Assembly (NCBI GenBank): GCA_000092065.1
Contig: CP000601.1
Length of the DNA stretch: 64,000 nt
Reading direction: 5' to 3' (one strand)
From: Ostreococcus lucimarinus
Lineage: Eukaryota
This document shows, piece after piece, positions 51,985 through 62,183 of the stretch. The notes below the pieces were generated by a model, which worked only from the letters and a program-made list of their open reading frames with translations, searched no databases and had not been told where the DNA came from. The first letter of the stretch is position 1; every line of letters starts with the position of its first letter. The position numbers were made by a program, and so were the translations under genes.

Positions 51985-52926
51985 ATGCCGCCTCCCTCCC
52001 GCGTCCCTGCCGACGCCGATCGCGCGCGCGCGCGCCGCGAAACGCGCCGCGACGCTTCGTCGTCGGCGACCGACCGACCGCCGTCGTTCGCGCGTTCCCT
52101 CCGCGTCGGCATCGCGAGCGGCGCGTGCGCCGGCATCGCGTGCCAGCTCGTGCTGTTCCCGCTGAACACGCTCAAGACGCGCGCGCAGGCGGGCGGGCGA
52201 TTGACCGCGGACCGGCTGTACGGCGGCGTCGCGGCGGAGCTGCTCGGCGCGGCGCCGGGCACCGCGTTGTTCATGTCGGCGTACGAGTGCGCGAAGAGCA
52301 CGCTCGGGTTGGACCCGTCGATCGCGGCGATGCTCGGCGCGCTGGCGTCGAGCGCGGTGCTGGCGCCGATGGAGCTGATCGCGCGGCGAATGCAAGTGTC
52401 GCGGTTGAGCCTGGCGACGGCGGCGAGGCTGTCGGCGAGACGAGGAGAGCTGTTCGCGGGATTCGGAAGCTTTCTGGCGAGGGAACTGCCGTTCGACACG
52501 ATCCAGATGAGCGCGTTCGAGGCGATGAAACGAGCGACGCTGGCGATCGAGGGCGCGGCGGCGGACGAGAGCGGGAAGAAGACGAAGAAGAAGAGAGCGC
52601 TGGGGAAGCGACAGACGGCGATCATCGGCGGCGTCGCGGGCGGTCTCACGGGATTGGTGACGACGCCGTTTGACGTCTCGCGCACGGCGCACGTGTGCGC
52701 GTCTTCGATGGGAATCGATCTCAAGACGCATCCAAAGGGATTGGCGGGGTTGAAACGACTGAAGGAGAGGTTCGGGATGTCGTTTTTCTTTCGCGGCGCG
52801 GCGCCGCGCGCGCTGGAAATCGGTTTGGGCGGGGTGATTTACTTCACCGTCATCGAAACCACGAGGAGGTACTTTGAGTCGTCGTCCAGAGAGACGAAAG
52901 ACGCGAAGGTTTTGAAAACCGTGTAG
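51985..52926 (+). CDS. Mitochondrial carrier family protein, S-adenosylmethionine carrier (SAMC)-like
   Basis: Three carrier repeats: FPLNTLKTRAQ, PMELIARRMQ and PFDVSRTAH. LYGGVAAELLGAAPGTALFMSAYECAK matches SAMC GIYAGVPSAAIGSFP..AFF.TYE.K. Confidence 0.7.
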   Translation: MPPPSRVPADADRARARRETRRDASSSATDRPPSFARSLRVGIASGACAGIACQLVLFPLNTLKTRAQAGGRLTADRLYGGVAAELLGAAPGTALFMSAYECAKSTLGLDPSIAAMLGALASSAVLAPMELIARRMQVSRLSLATAARLSARRGELFAGFGSFLARELPFDTIQMSAFEAMKRATLAIEGAAADESGKKTKKKRALGKRQTAIIGGVAGGLTGLVTTPFDVSRTAHVCASSMGIDLKTHPKGLAGLKRLKERFGMSFFFRGAAPRALEIGLGGVIYFTVIETTRRYFESSSRETKDAKVLKTV

Positions 52927-53063
52927 TCGCGTCGCGCTTCGAAGCGAGGCGCGTCGTGTTTAACGTTATTGTGCAGTTGTGATTGATTTGTTGTTGTTTA
53001 CCGCTACGAGACGCCCCGAAGGTTGTCCGCGCCGCGTCCATCTACGACTACGCCTACGACTAA

Positions 53064-54383
53064 TCAGTACTGCTCCGCGAACACGACGTCATCGCTGCGA
53101 TAGTTCTTCTTCTTCTTCTTCAGTCTCACGTTCAGGATCAAGTGCACTTTGCGATTGAGCGCGCGCTCGAGCATCGCTCTGGCGTTGATGCCGATTCGCC
53201 CGACGACTTCGCCCGACTTTCCGACGACTATTTTCCTCTGCGACGCGGTGTCGACTAAAATATTTTGCTCTATGCGCGCGTCACCGTTTCTAAAGTCTTC
53301 CCACGAGACGTGCGCGATGTCGATGCCGTACGGTAAATCTTCGTGCACGCCGTCGTACACGCTCTCGCGCACGATTTCCAGCGCCCTCTGCGCCGGCGTC
53401 ATATCGCTCGTCGACGTCGCGTCGAACTCCCACGGCGCCTCCCGAGCGCCGGCGACGATGTGATCCATCAGCGCTCTCGTTCCCGCCCCCGTGAGCGCGC
53501 TGACGGGAAACACGCGCGCGAATTCAAAATCCCCCGCGGCGCGGAAATCGTCCACCATCTTCGTCAACCCCGCGCGTCGCTCCTTCGGAATCTTATCAAC
53601 CTTATTCAGCACCAGCACCGCCTCCGGCGGCGCGCGCATCTCCCCCAGCGCCGCTCGCGTCTTTCGCACCGCCTCCAGCACGCGCAAATCCCGTCGCTCC
53701 AACTGTCTCGCCGCGTCCACGACGAAGACCAACGCGTCGCACTCGCTCGCCAGCGCCGTCGCGTCCTCCACCTTTCTCGCGTGCGCCGCGTTCCTGTAGT
53801 GCTCGCGCCCCACGATCCCCGGCGCGTCCACGAACACCACCTGCGCGTCCCCGACCGTGCGCACCCCCAGCGCGCGCGTCCGCGTCGTGTTCGTCTTTCG
53901 ACTCACCGCGCTCACCGCGTCGCCGACGAGCGCGCACGCCAGCGCGCTCTTCCCCGCGTTCGGCGCGCCCAGCACGCCGACCCGCGACAACTTTTCGACG
54001 CGACGCGCGCCGTCGTCGCGGTACGCGCCGTCGCGCGCGTCCGCGCGCGCCGTCGCGTCCCACGCGCGCGCTCGCCGCGCCGCCGCCGCCGCCGCCGCGC
54101 GCGTCGACCGCGCGATCGCCGCCGCCACCGCCGCGCGTCGACGCTTCGACTCCAGGTACGACGACGACGGCGCGCACCGCGACGACGTCGTCCCGTCGCA
54201 CGCGCCGCGCGCGCGCGCGCCGCGACGCCACCGCGACGCCGGCATCGACGACGACGTCGATTCGCGCCCTTCGCCGCCGCCGACGCGCGGCGCGGCGTCC
54301 GCGACCGCCGACGCGCCGCGCGCGGGTCGCGACGCGTTCGACGCGCCCGCGACGACGCGACGAAGCGCGCGCGACGCCGACAT
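53064..54383 (-). CDS. Era-type GTPase (organellar ribosome assembly) with a C-terminal KH domain
   Basis: G1 GAPNAGKS, G3 VDAPGIV, G4 LNKVDKI, and a KH-like C-terminus KIVVGKSGEVVGRIGINAR. The start is taken at MSASRALRRVVAG (ATG 54383). The upstream part of the 622-aa ORF is Arg-rich low-complexity. Confidence 0.8.
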   Translation of the reverse strand: MSASRALRRVVAGASNASRPARGASAVADAAPRVGGGEGRESTSSSMPASRWRRGARARGACDGTTSSRCAPSSSYLESKRRRAAVAAAIARSTRAAAAAAARRARAWDATARADARDGAYRDDGARRVEKLSRVGVLGAPNAGKSALACALVGDAVSAVSRKTNTTRTRALGVRTVGDAQVVFVDAPGIVGREHYRNAAHARKVEDATALASECDALVFVVDAARQLERRDLRVLEAVRKTRAALGEMRAPPEAVLVLNKVDKIPKERRAGLTKMVDDFRAAGDFEFARVFPVSALTGAGTRALMDHIVAGAREAPWEFDATSTSDMTPAQRALEIVRESVYDGVHEDLPYGIDIAHVSWEDFRNGDARIEQNILVDTASQRKIVVGKSGEVVGRIGINARAMLERALNRKVHLILNVRLKKKKKNYRSDDVVFAEQY

Positions 54384-55171
54384 CGCGACGCACGAACGCG
54401 AATCGATTCGATCCTCGCGCGGCACTGTGCCGCGCGCGTCGACCGCGCCGCGATGCGCGTCGCGCGCGCGGACGTCGCGACGACGAGCGAAGACGCCGCG
54501 ACGACGGCGACGACCTCGATCGACGCGGCGAAACCGCCCTCGACGGCGACGCGGCGCCGCGAGCTGGACAAAGCCGAGAAGAAGGCGCGGCGAATGGCCG
54601 AGATCGACGCGTTCTTGCGAGCGCGCGAAGTCGCCGCGGCGCGCGAAGACGCGTCGCGGGATGACGCGGACGGCGACGCGTCGAACGGCGCGGCTCGACG
54701 ACGCGAAAACGAAAAGAAAAAGAAACCGACCGCCGCGGCCGACGGCGTCGCCGCCGCGGCCGACGGCGCGCGCGTCTCGCGCGAGTGGTTCGCCGCCTTC
54801 GCCGTCGTCGCGTTCTTCGCCGTCGTCGGCGGCGCGTATTCCTTGTATTCTTTCGTCGCGCGCGTGGCGTCGCGCGCGTTCGCGTCGTAGCGTCGTCAGG
54901 CGTCGCGCGCGTTCGCGTCGTAGCGTTGGCAACGACCAAACGAAAATCCGCGCCCATCGGTTCCCGACTCGTCGCGCGTTCCGAGACCGCCGAGAATCGG
55001 CGCGTTCCGATACCGCCGAGGATCGAATCGACGAAAATCGACGCGGCGCGTCGCCGCGCGAGCGGTCGCGGTCGACGCCGCGCCGCAGTTCGCGACGTGC
55101 GCTCGGGGTGGGCGTCTCCGGACAGTCGGCGCGGCCACCTCGCGCGCGACGTCCGAGACGCGCGCGGGCGC

Positions 55172-55768
55172 ATGTGCCTGATCACGGACGAACACGGGAA
55201 CGCGCTTCCGGCGCTCGCGCGGTCGCCGGCGATGGGAACGTCGTCGAGCCGGGTGAAGGTGCCCTCGCCGCGGCGAGACGCGGCGGCGCGACGGGACGTC
55301 GCGAGCGCGCCGGCGTCGCCGCGCCGCGCGCGACGCGCGCCGAAGCGCGAGGACGCGAACGCGCGCGTCGAGTTTCGTCCGCGCGCGGTCTCGCGCGACG
55401 CGCGAAAGCACCGGCGCGCGAAGAGCGAAGAGGCGCGCGCGCGGGACGTCCCGAGACGAGAACGAGAACGAGAACGAGAACGCGCGGGGACGCTTTTCCA
55501 AGATTTCGACGCGCTCGGGATCGAACGGCGCGACGATTCGTCGGAATCGTCGCGCGCGGACGAGGGCGAACGACGCGCGAAGCCTCGCGTGGGTTACGCC
55601 TCGGTGGCGCCGATGAAGGAAATTCTACAGACCCGCGGGGGCTCCGCGCTCGAGGCGCTCGGGATTTTATTTCGAGATTCCGATCGAGAATTCGAGCGCG
55701 CGGCGGCGACGACGACGCCGTCGAGCGATGATTATTCTCGTCGTCTATCCTCGCGAGACGCGCTGTGA
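55172..55768 (+). CDS. Hypothetical Arg/Ser-rich disordered protein. Very uncertain.
   Basis: It is the only less low-complexity reading frame in the 1.6-kb CGC-rich stretch between the Era and WW genes (MCLITDEHGNALPALARSPAM...MKEILQTRGGSALEALGILFRDSDREFERA). No domain is recognised. Confidence 0.2.
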   Translation: MCLITDEHGNALPALARSPAMGTSSSRVKVPSPRRDAAARRDVASAPASPRRARRAPKREDANARVEFRPRAVSRDARKHRRAKSEEARARDVPRRERERERERAGTLFQDFDALGIERRDDSSESSRADEGERRAKPRVGYASVAPMKEILQTRGGSALEALGILFRDSDREFERAAATTTPSSDDYSRRLSSRDAL

Positions 55769-55993
55769 TGCGGACCGGTCGCGCGTCGGCGAAACATTTT
55801 TTGAGTGAAATTTGGTCGGAACGGCGAGGACGCCGTCGAGGTCGGCGTCCCGTCGCGAACTCGCGACGCGCTCACGAAACCATCCCGCGATGCACCCACG
55901 AAACCATTCTTTTGTAACAACAGCGCGCTACGAGATCCACGCGCGTTCGCGCCATCCGCGCGATCGATCGCGTCTTTAAAGAACCGCTCGCGA

Positions 55994-56371
55994 TCAACCG
56001 AACGCGATTCTCGCCGCGACGGCGACCGCCGCGAAACCGAGGGACGCGCCCGCGCCCATCGCGAACGCCGACCCGATCTGCGTCCCGATTCCCTCGCGCG
56101 CGGACGCGCCTGGATCGTCCGCTAAAAATTCCGTCGCGGGGCGCGGCGCGCCGACCGCGGAGGTTTCGCCGGTGCGAGGATTCCAAAAGTACACGCGCCG
56201 CGTCTCGCGGTCCACCACCGGTCGCCAAGGATTGGCGTCCGACGACGACGACGACGACGCGACGTCGCTCGAGTCGCGGCGGACGACGTCTTTGCCCGCG
56301 CCGGACGCGAACGCGCGCGCGTCGGCGACGCGCGGGACGAGGCGCGCGAGGCGACGGAGGGGCGGGGACAT
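55994..56371 (-). CDS. Small WW-domain protein with a presequence-like N-terminus and a C-terminal hydrophobic anchor
   Basis: NPWRPVVDRETRRVYFWNPRTGETS matches the WW core (W...R.Y[YF].N..T.ET). The C-terminal anchor is GSAFAMGAGASLGFAAVAVAARIAF. The ORF-track start (56443) is a TTG; the first ATG is at 56371 (MSPPLRRLARLVPRV). Confidence 0.3.
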   Translation of the reverse strand: MSPPLRRLARLVPRVADARAFASGAGKDVVRRDSSDVASSSSSSDANPWRPVVDRETRRVYFWNPRTGETSAVGAPRPATEFLADDPGASAREGIGTQIGSAFAMGAGASLGFAAVAVAARIAFG

Positions 56372-56450
56372 CGCGCGCGCGAGGCGAAGTGACGCGAGGG
56401 ACGCGGCGCGGCGCGAACTATACCGGTGCGTTGACGATGACAAATTGTCG

Positions 56451-57988
56451 TTAATACGCCTGCGCCTGGGTGTTGGCCAACACGGCTTGCGTGAGGGCGG
56501 TGGTCTTGGACAGCAAGGCTTTGGTCTTTTCGATGATTTGCTCGTTGACGGATTTCTTCTCGACGTGCACGTGCACGAAGCCGGCTTCGGAATCGATTCG
56601 CGCGTTGAGCTTACTGCCGCGGATGAGAGTCGCGATGGTGGCCTCGACGTCGGCGGCGGGCATACCGAGCATTTGCGCCAAGTTGGCGATGTCGATGCGC
56701 TTGTTCACCTTGCAGTAGTTTTCGATGACGTACTGTCGAGCGTTTTCGTCAAACGCGTCCTTGCAGCCGATTAAAAAGAAATCCTTTTCAATCATCGCGT
56801 CGCACTTCTTCAGCATCTCTTGCGTCTTGGAGAAGTCGTAGTCGACGAAGGCCGCGACGACGAAGTCGAGCGCGGGATCGTCGTACACGTCGCTCTGGAT
56901 AATCTTCACTAAGTCTTTGAGCATGTTGCGGCGCTTCTTGTTGGCGACGATGGCGACGGCGAGGTAACGCAACAAATGCGGCGCCTCTTGTTGCACCGCT
57001 TGCATGTATCGCTCCTGGAACAACACGTCGATGATCAAGTTGCGACCGTTCGGGTGGTTGAAGAAGACGAACAGGGCGTAATGCAACAACCACGCGCGCT
57101 GCTTCATCTTGACGAGGTTGCTCGTGCTCGCGTTGCTCTCCAACGCGTCTCGCAACCTATTCATGTCGTCCAGAGCCCCGCCCCAGTTCCGCAACAAAAT
57201 GTCCGCCGCGAACTTCCCCCACAGCGCGCTCTCGCACCGCTCGTTGTCCGCGCTCAACAACTGCACCGCGCCCAAGTGCTCCGAGGCGTTTTCGTAATCG
57301 CCGCACTCGTACTCAAACTTGGCAAACTTGTACAGCGCGTCCACGTCCGCGCTCGTCACCCCGTGATTATCCTCCGCGAACTTCGCGTTCGCCGCCTTAT
57401 CCCGTCGCAAGTTCTTGATCAGCGCCCCATCGCTCGCGAACTTCACCGCCCGCGCCGCCGCCTTCCCCAGCGCCGCGTGCGCCTCCACCGTCGCGTCCCG
57501 CCTCGCCTTCGCCTCCGCCGCCGATCCCGACCCGCTCGCCTCCGCGCGCGCCTCCTCCGCCCAATCGCACATCTTCGTCTTCACCAGCGTCGCCAGCTTC
57601 GCCTCTCGCAGCGACTTCGCATCGTGCGTGCCCTCCGCGAGCGCGAACTCCAGCAGCGGCAGCGTCAGGTGCGCGTCCAGCCGCGCCGCGATCTGCGTCG
57701 TCGTCCCGCGCTCCGTCAGTCCTCGCGCTCGACCGCGGCGCGTCGGCCCTTCGCGTCCGCGACGCGTTCGCGATGCGTTACTCTTCGCCCGCGTCCTCGC
57801 GCGTCCGCCGCCGTCGCGCGCGCCGCGTCGCCGTCGCGATCGCGCAAACCCTGCCGCCGCCGCGTCGCCGCGTTCGCGTTCGCCGTCCGCTCGTCGCGTC
57901 GCCGCCCGTCGTCTCCCGTCGTCTCCCGTCGCGCGTCGCGTCGCGCTCGCGTCGCGTCGCGTCGCACCGTCGACGTCAGGTCGCGCAT
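56451..57988 (-). CDS. EIF3E: Eukaryotic translation initiation factor 3 subunit E (eIF3e/Int6). Predicted 2 exons, 57968..57988 and 56451..57692.
   Basis: The spliced N-terminus MRDLTST|IAARLDAHLTLPLLEFALAEG matches human [26 protein letters not shown]. The PCI domain and conserved core follow (YKFAKFEYECGDYENASEHL...WGKFAADILLRNW...WLLHYALFVFFNHPNGRNLIIDVLF). Exon 1 is the ORF-track ORF 57716..57988, which begins MRDLTST. Confidence 0.9.
57693..57967 (-). other. Predicted intron (275 nt, phase 0)
   Basis: Donor is ACG|GTGCGACGCGACG, branch is GCGAGGACTGACGGAGCG and acceptor is GACGACGCAG|ATC. Confidence 0.7.
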
Positions 57989-58231
57989 CGCGCGTCGCCG
58001 TGTCGCGCGCGCGCCGTCGATCGCGCGATCCGTCGGCGCTAATTAAATCACACCGCCCGTATTGAAGCACCGCGCAAACAGCGCGCTGACTGCGCCTCCA
58101 TACGTCGTATTCGAGAACGAATTCGTTCGAGACGTCGACGCGCGGGCGTCGAAAATGTCGTCTGTACTGTTTACGCACATACGGTCGGTCGCCCCGCCGC
58201 CACGCGCCGCCGCGTCCCGGTAACGCGTCAC

Positions 58232-59623
58232 ATGGCGCTCGCGCCCGGCGCGTACCGCGCGCGCGAGCGCGCGCCCGCGCGCGATGGCCACGACGCGGCG
58301 CGCGCGACGGTCGCGTTCGATCCGGCGCGTCGCGCGGCGACGCCCGCGATCGACGCAAACGCGCCGACAGCGACCGACGCGAAAGCGGATAACGCGCGCG
58401 CGGGACGCGCGGCGACGGCGTGGCGACCGCGCGCGAAGCCGCCGCGCGCGCGACCGCTGAGGTTCGAGATGGACGCGACGCGACGGGAGGTGGCGAGCGA
58501 ACGGGCGTATGCGCTCAGCGCGCGGTTCGCGGCGCGCGTGGCGTGGTGCTGCCAGGAGGGATGTTATCCGCACAAGGATCATCACGTGAATCAGGACGCG
58601 TGCGCGACGTGGGAGGGAAGGGAGATGGCGCACGAGGAGGCGGTGATCGATGGGGAGGGAAACGATGCGGTGGCGCGGCGAGAGACGGGACGGGTGCTGG
58701 TGGGGGTGTTCGATGGGCACGGGAAGCACGGGGAGGAGTGCGCGCAAATCGCGCGGGCGACGTTCGCGGAGACGCTGGCGAGGGAGACGCGGGGAGGCGC
58801 GGCGCTGAGGGATGGGTACGCGCGGACGTTCGAGGCGGTGAACGCGGTGGTGTGCAAAGAGATGGGGGAGAACGCGTCGTTTTCGGGGTCGACGGCGATC
58901 ACGGCGCTGTTTGATGACGAAGGCGTGGTGCGCGTGGGAAACGTCGGGGATTCGCGATGCGTCGTCGGCGTCGAGCGCGCGGCGGGCGTCGCGGTCGGGA
59001 ATCGACACACGAGGCGATGGGAGGTGAGAGATTTGACGCATGATCAGACGTGCTTTCGCGCGGACGAGCGCGCGCGGATGAAAGCGGAGGCGACGTCGCC
59101 GATGACGTTCGCCACCATCGGCATGGTTTTGGGCGAAACCGAGGCGCACGAGGACTTTGGCGACGGCGAACCGGGTTCGGACGAGGAATATTGCGACGAC
59201 CCGCCGCGCGTTTTCATGGCTGGTTATCGTTTTCCCGGATGCGCGTTCACTCGCTCGATCGGTGACACCGTGGGGAAGTCGCTCGGCGTGAGCGCGACGC
59301 CCGAGATGAGCGAGTTTGACTTGAACGCCGAGCCGTCGACGCGGTGCGTCGTCGTCGCCTCCGACGGCGTGTTCGAGTTCATGTCCAGCGCGGAAACGAT
59401 GGCGATCGCGGAGAAATTTTACGAGGAGAACATGCCCGGTGCCGCCGAACGCGCCGCGCACGCCATCGTGCGCGCCGCGTTCTCGCGTTGGCAAGAGCAC
59501 GACGAGCGAGCCGACGACATCACCGCCGTGGTGACGTTTATTTATCCGCTCGACTCCGACACGTCCACGGCGACGGTGGTGGTGAACGACATGGACGATG
59601 CGCTTAATAAACTCTTGTTGTAG
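58232..59623 (+). CDS. PP2C-family Ser/Thr protein phosphatase
   Basis: VGVFDGHGKHGEECAQ, ALFDDEGVVRVGNVGDSRCVVG, TRSIGDTVGK, VVASDGVFEFMS and DDITAVVTFI are present. The ATG lies 244 bp from the eIF3e ATG on the opposite strand. Confidence 0.8.
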   Translation: MALAPGAYRARERAPARDGHDAARATVAFDPARRAATPAIDANAPTATDAKADNARAGRAATAWRPRAKPPRARPLRFEMDATRREVASERAYALSARFAARVAWCCQEGCYPHKDHHVNQDACATWEGREMAHEEAVIDGEGNDAVARRETGRVLVGVFDGHGKHGEECAQIARATFAETLARETRGGAALRDGYARTFEAVNAVVCKEMGENASFSGSTAITALFDDEGVVRVGNVGDSRCVVGVERAAGVAVGNRHTRRWEVRDLTHDQTCFRADERARMKAEATSPMTFATIGMVLGETEAHEDFGDGEPGSDEEYCDDPPRVFMAGYRFPGCAFTRSIGDTVGKSLGVSATPEMSEFDLNAEPSTRCVVVASDGVFEFMSSAETMAIAEKFYEENMPGAAERAAHAIVRAAFSRWQEHDERADDITAVVTFIYPLDSDTSTATVVVNDMDDALNKLLL

Positions 59624-59787
59624 ACTAGACTGCGTGCGCGCGCGATTCTTTCTTAATACCGATATTATAAGCGTTATCGCTAAGCGAGACACCACCGCGC
59701 TTCGGCGTTCGACGTTCCGATGAATAGAATTAAAATTCGTTTGAGCTACTGATGATGAACGATCGATGCGATTTTCGTTGCCTACGA

Positions 59788-61749
59788 CTAGCGCGCCTTC
59801 GCTGTCTCTTCCTCGATGATCTCTTTCGCGCGCTCGAGTTTCTCCGACGTGTCCCCGTCAACGTCGTCGACGGCGGCGTCGAACTCGTCCGCGCTCGCCG
59901 TCGGGGCGTCGATGGACCCTCGAACGACGTCGACGTCTTCCAGGTTGCTCAACGCCATACCGGTGACGTACGTGCCGTCCATCTCTCGCCCACCTCGCCC
60001 ATCGCGGCGCTTGAGCTTGACGTGCAAGCCGTTCGTGGTGTGAATCGTCGCGCCCGTCGTCATGCCGCATTCGCCGTCGGGGTGCTTGGACTCGTCGAGT
60101 TCAAAGTCGAATCGTCGCATGAGCATGGCGAGCGACACGATTGACTCAAAAATAGCAAACTGATCGCCCACGCATTTGCGCTGGCCACCGCCGAAGGGCA
60201 AGTACGCGTACTCTTCGGTGTACTCGTTCGGCATCGGGGCGTCGATCGGGAAGCGTTCGGGCTTGAACGCGTCGGGTTCGTCCCAAATCCGCGGGTTTCT
60301 GTGCAAGTTCCAAACCGAAATGAAGAAGTCGGTTCCGGCGTCGATGTTGTACCCTCCGAGGGTGACGGGCTCTAACGCGCGCCTGATTAACACCGGAGGT
60401 TGCGGGTAAAGTCGCATGGACTCGTTGATGACGCGCGTCGTGTACACGAGCGCGCGCATATCCGCCACCGTCGGGTTGCGGTCGCCGACGACGCGGTCAA
60501 CCTCCTCGAATACCTTGGCCTTCACTTCGGGGTGCTTGGCGAGCAAAAATGTCGTCCACGTCAGCACCGCGGCGGTGGTTTCGTGGCCGGCGATCAGGAG
60601 CGTCATTAAATCATCGCGAAGTTGCTTGGACGTCACGTCGTCGCCGCTCGCGATGAGAAAGTGCAAAATGCTCGGATCGTCCGTGTTCATGTACTCCTCG
60701 ACGAATTCCTCATCCTCTTCCTCCACCACGGCTTTGCATCGGTTGATGAGGTCATCCAAGGTGTCGTTCACCACTTGCAGCGCCTCCTGGCACTGACGCT
60801 GCCTCGGCACGAGCCAGCGAAGCGGGGGAACCTTCCAATAGGGAATAAACGTCACGCTCCGGTACTCGGCTTCGCGCAAAACCGTGTACACGGCTTTGAT
60901 CACGGGGTCGTCCGTGGACAAGGAGTCGAAATCGTAATTGAACACCGCCTTGCCTATGATATCCAAGGCGAATCGCGAGTAAAAGTTCTCCATCTCCACC
61001 GACTCGTTCGCCTTCTCCGCGCGCGCGAGCTGCGACATCCCCTTCAACCCGCAGTCGCCGAACATGTCCACCATGGACGTGACGTACTTTTTGTGCAAGC
61101 TCGGCACGATCACCTTGCGTCGAATCTTCCACACCTCACCGTTCGCCGGGATTAACCCCTGACCCATGACAAAGTCCAAAATCTCCGACAGCAATCCCTT
61201 GGAGAAGCTCTTCGCCTGCGTGAGCAACATCTCCTTGGCCACCGCGTTGTCGCTCACGACGACGAATTTCTTCGGCCCGATCGCCAGGACGAACATCTCC
61301 CCGTACGCCAAGAACAGCTTATACAGCGGCACAAAAACCGGTTGTCCCGCGATCTCGCGAATGTCCCCGCTCGCCACCGGCATCTTCGACATCGCCTCGG
61401 CGCGCCACCGCCTCGATAACCTCGCGAGCGCCAGCGACACCCCTCGCCCCACCGGTCCCGCGTCTTCGGGCACCAGTCCCCGCAGCCCGTCCGCCACCTT
61501 TCGAAACGGTCCCGTGGACGACGCCTTCGTGAACTCTCCGCTCGCGATGCGCTCCTCGAGCGTCAGCGCCTTTTTATCGTCGCCCGACGCCGCCGCGCGC
61601 GTCCCGGCTCGCGCGCGTCCCGGCCCTCGTCCCGCCCATCGCGCGCGTCCCATCGCGCGCTCGTCCCGCGCCGTCGCGCCGCATCGAGGCATCGCGCGTC
61701 GTCGCCCGTCGTCGCGCGCGCGTCCCTCGCGCGCGCGTCGCCCGCCGCG

Positions 61750-61780
<31 letters not shown>

Positions 61781-61800
61781 CGCATCGTCGTCGTCGGCAT
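59788..61800 (-). CDS. Cytochrome P450, CYP97-like (carotenoid ring hydroxylase class), with a transit-peptide-like N-terminus and an unusual ~100-aa acidic C-terminal extension
   Basis: The heme loop FGGGQRKCVGDQFAIFESIVSLAMLMRRFDF matches CYP97 FGGGPRKCIGDMFA. Other motifs are AGHETTAAVLTWTTFLL, ESMRLYPQPPVLIRR and MTTGATIHTTNGL. The start is placed at MPTTTMRTTTT (61800); the track ORF start at 61989 lies in AT-rich intergenic DNA. Confidence 0.75.
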
Positions 61801-62183
61801 CGTCGCCACCGCGGCGTCCGTCGGCGCTCGCGCGCGGTCGAGCGCGGTCGAGTCGACGCTCGAGTCGCGCGCGCGCGGTCGAGCGCGCGCCGGCGCGTCG
61901 CGCGGTCGCGTCGCGTCGCGGTGTGGCGCGTGGCGCCGTCGTGGATAGCGTTTCGAGAAAATATACGTGATGGGGTAAATATGAATCACAATACTGGTCG
62001 TACGTATTCGGACATACGGGTGTGTGTATTTAGTGTACGTGATAGTTTAGTGTAAGCATCGTCGCGCGCTCGATCGCGCGCGCGCCGTCGAATCGCGCGA
62101 GACGTCGGCGCGGCGCGGCGCCGACGCGACGACGCGACGCGCGCTCGAACGTCGGCGTTCGAACGCGCCGGCGCGGCGCGCGA

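Noticed and set aside
49096-52731. 578-aa (49096..50832) and 595-aa (50944..52731) minus-strand ORFs
   Set aside because: They are antisense to the PepN-type aminopeptidase and SAM-carrier CDSs, Arg/His-rich and domain-free.
53343-55731. 515-, 527- and 624-aa ORFs (both strands) across the Era gene and the downstream GC tract
   Set aside because: They are Arg-dominated low-complexity reading frames generated by (CGN)n periodicity. The Era G-motifs define the true frame on the minus strand.
56976-59695. 356-aa plus ORF over eIF3e and 550-aa minus ORF over PP2C
   Set aside because: They are antisense to two highly conserved, well-aligned genes.
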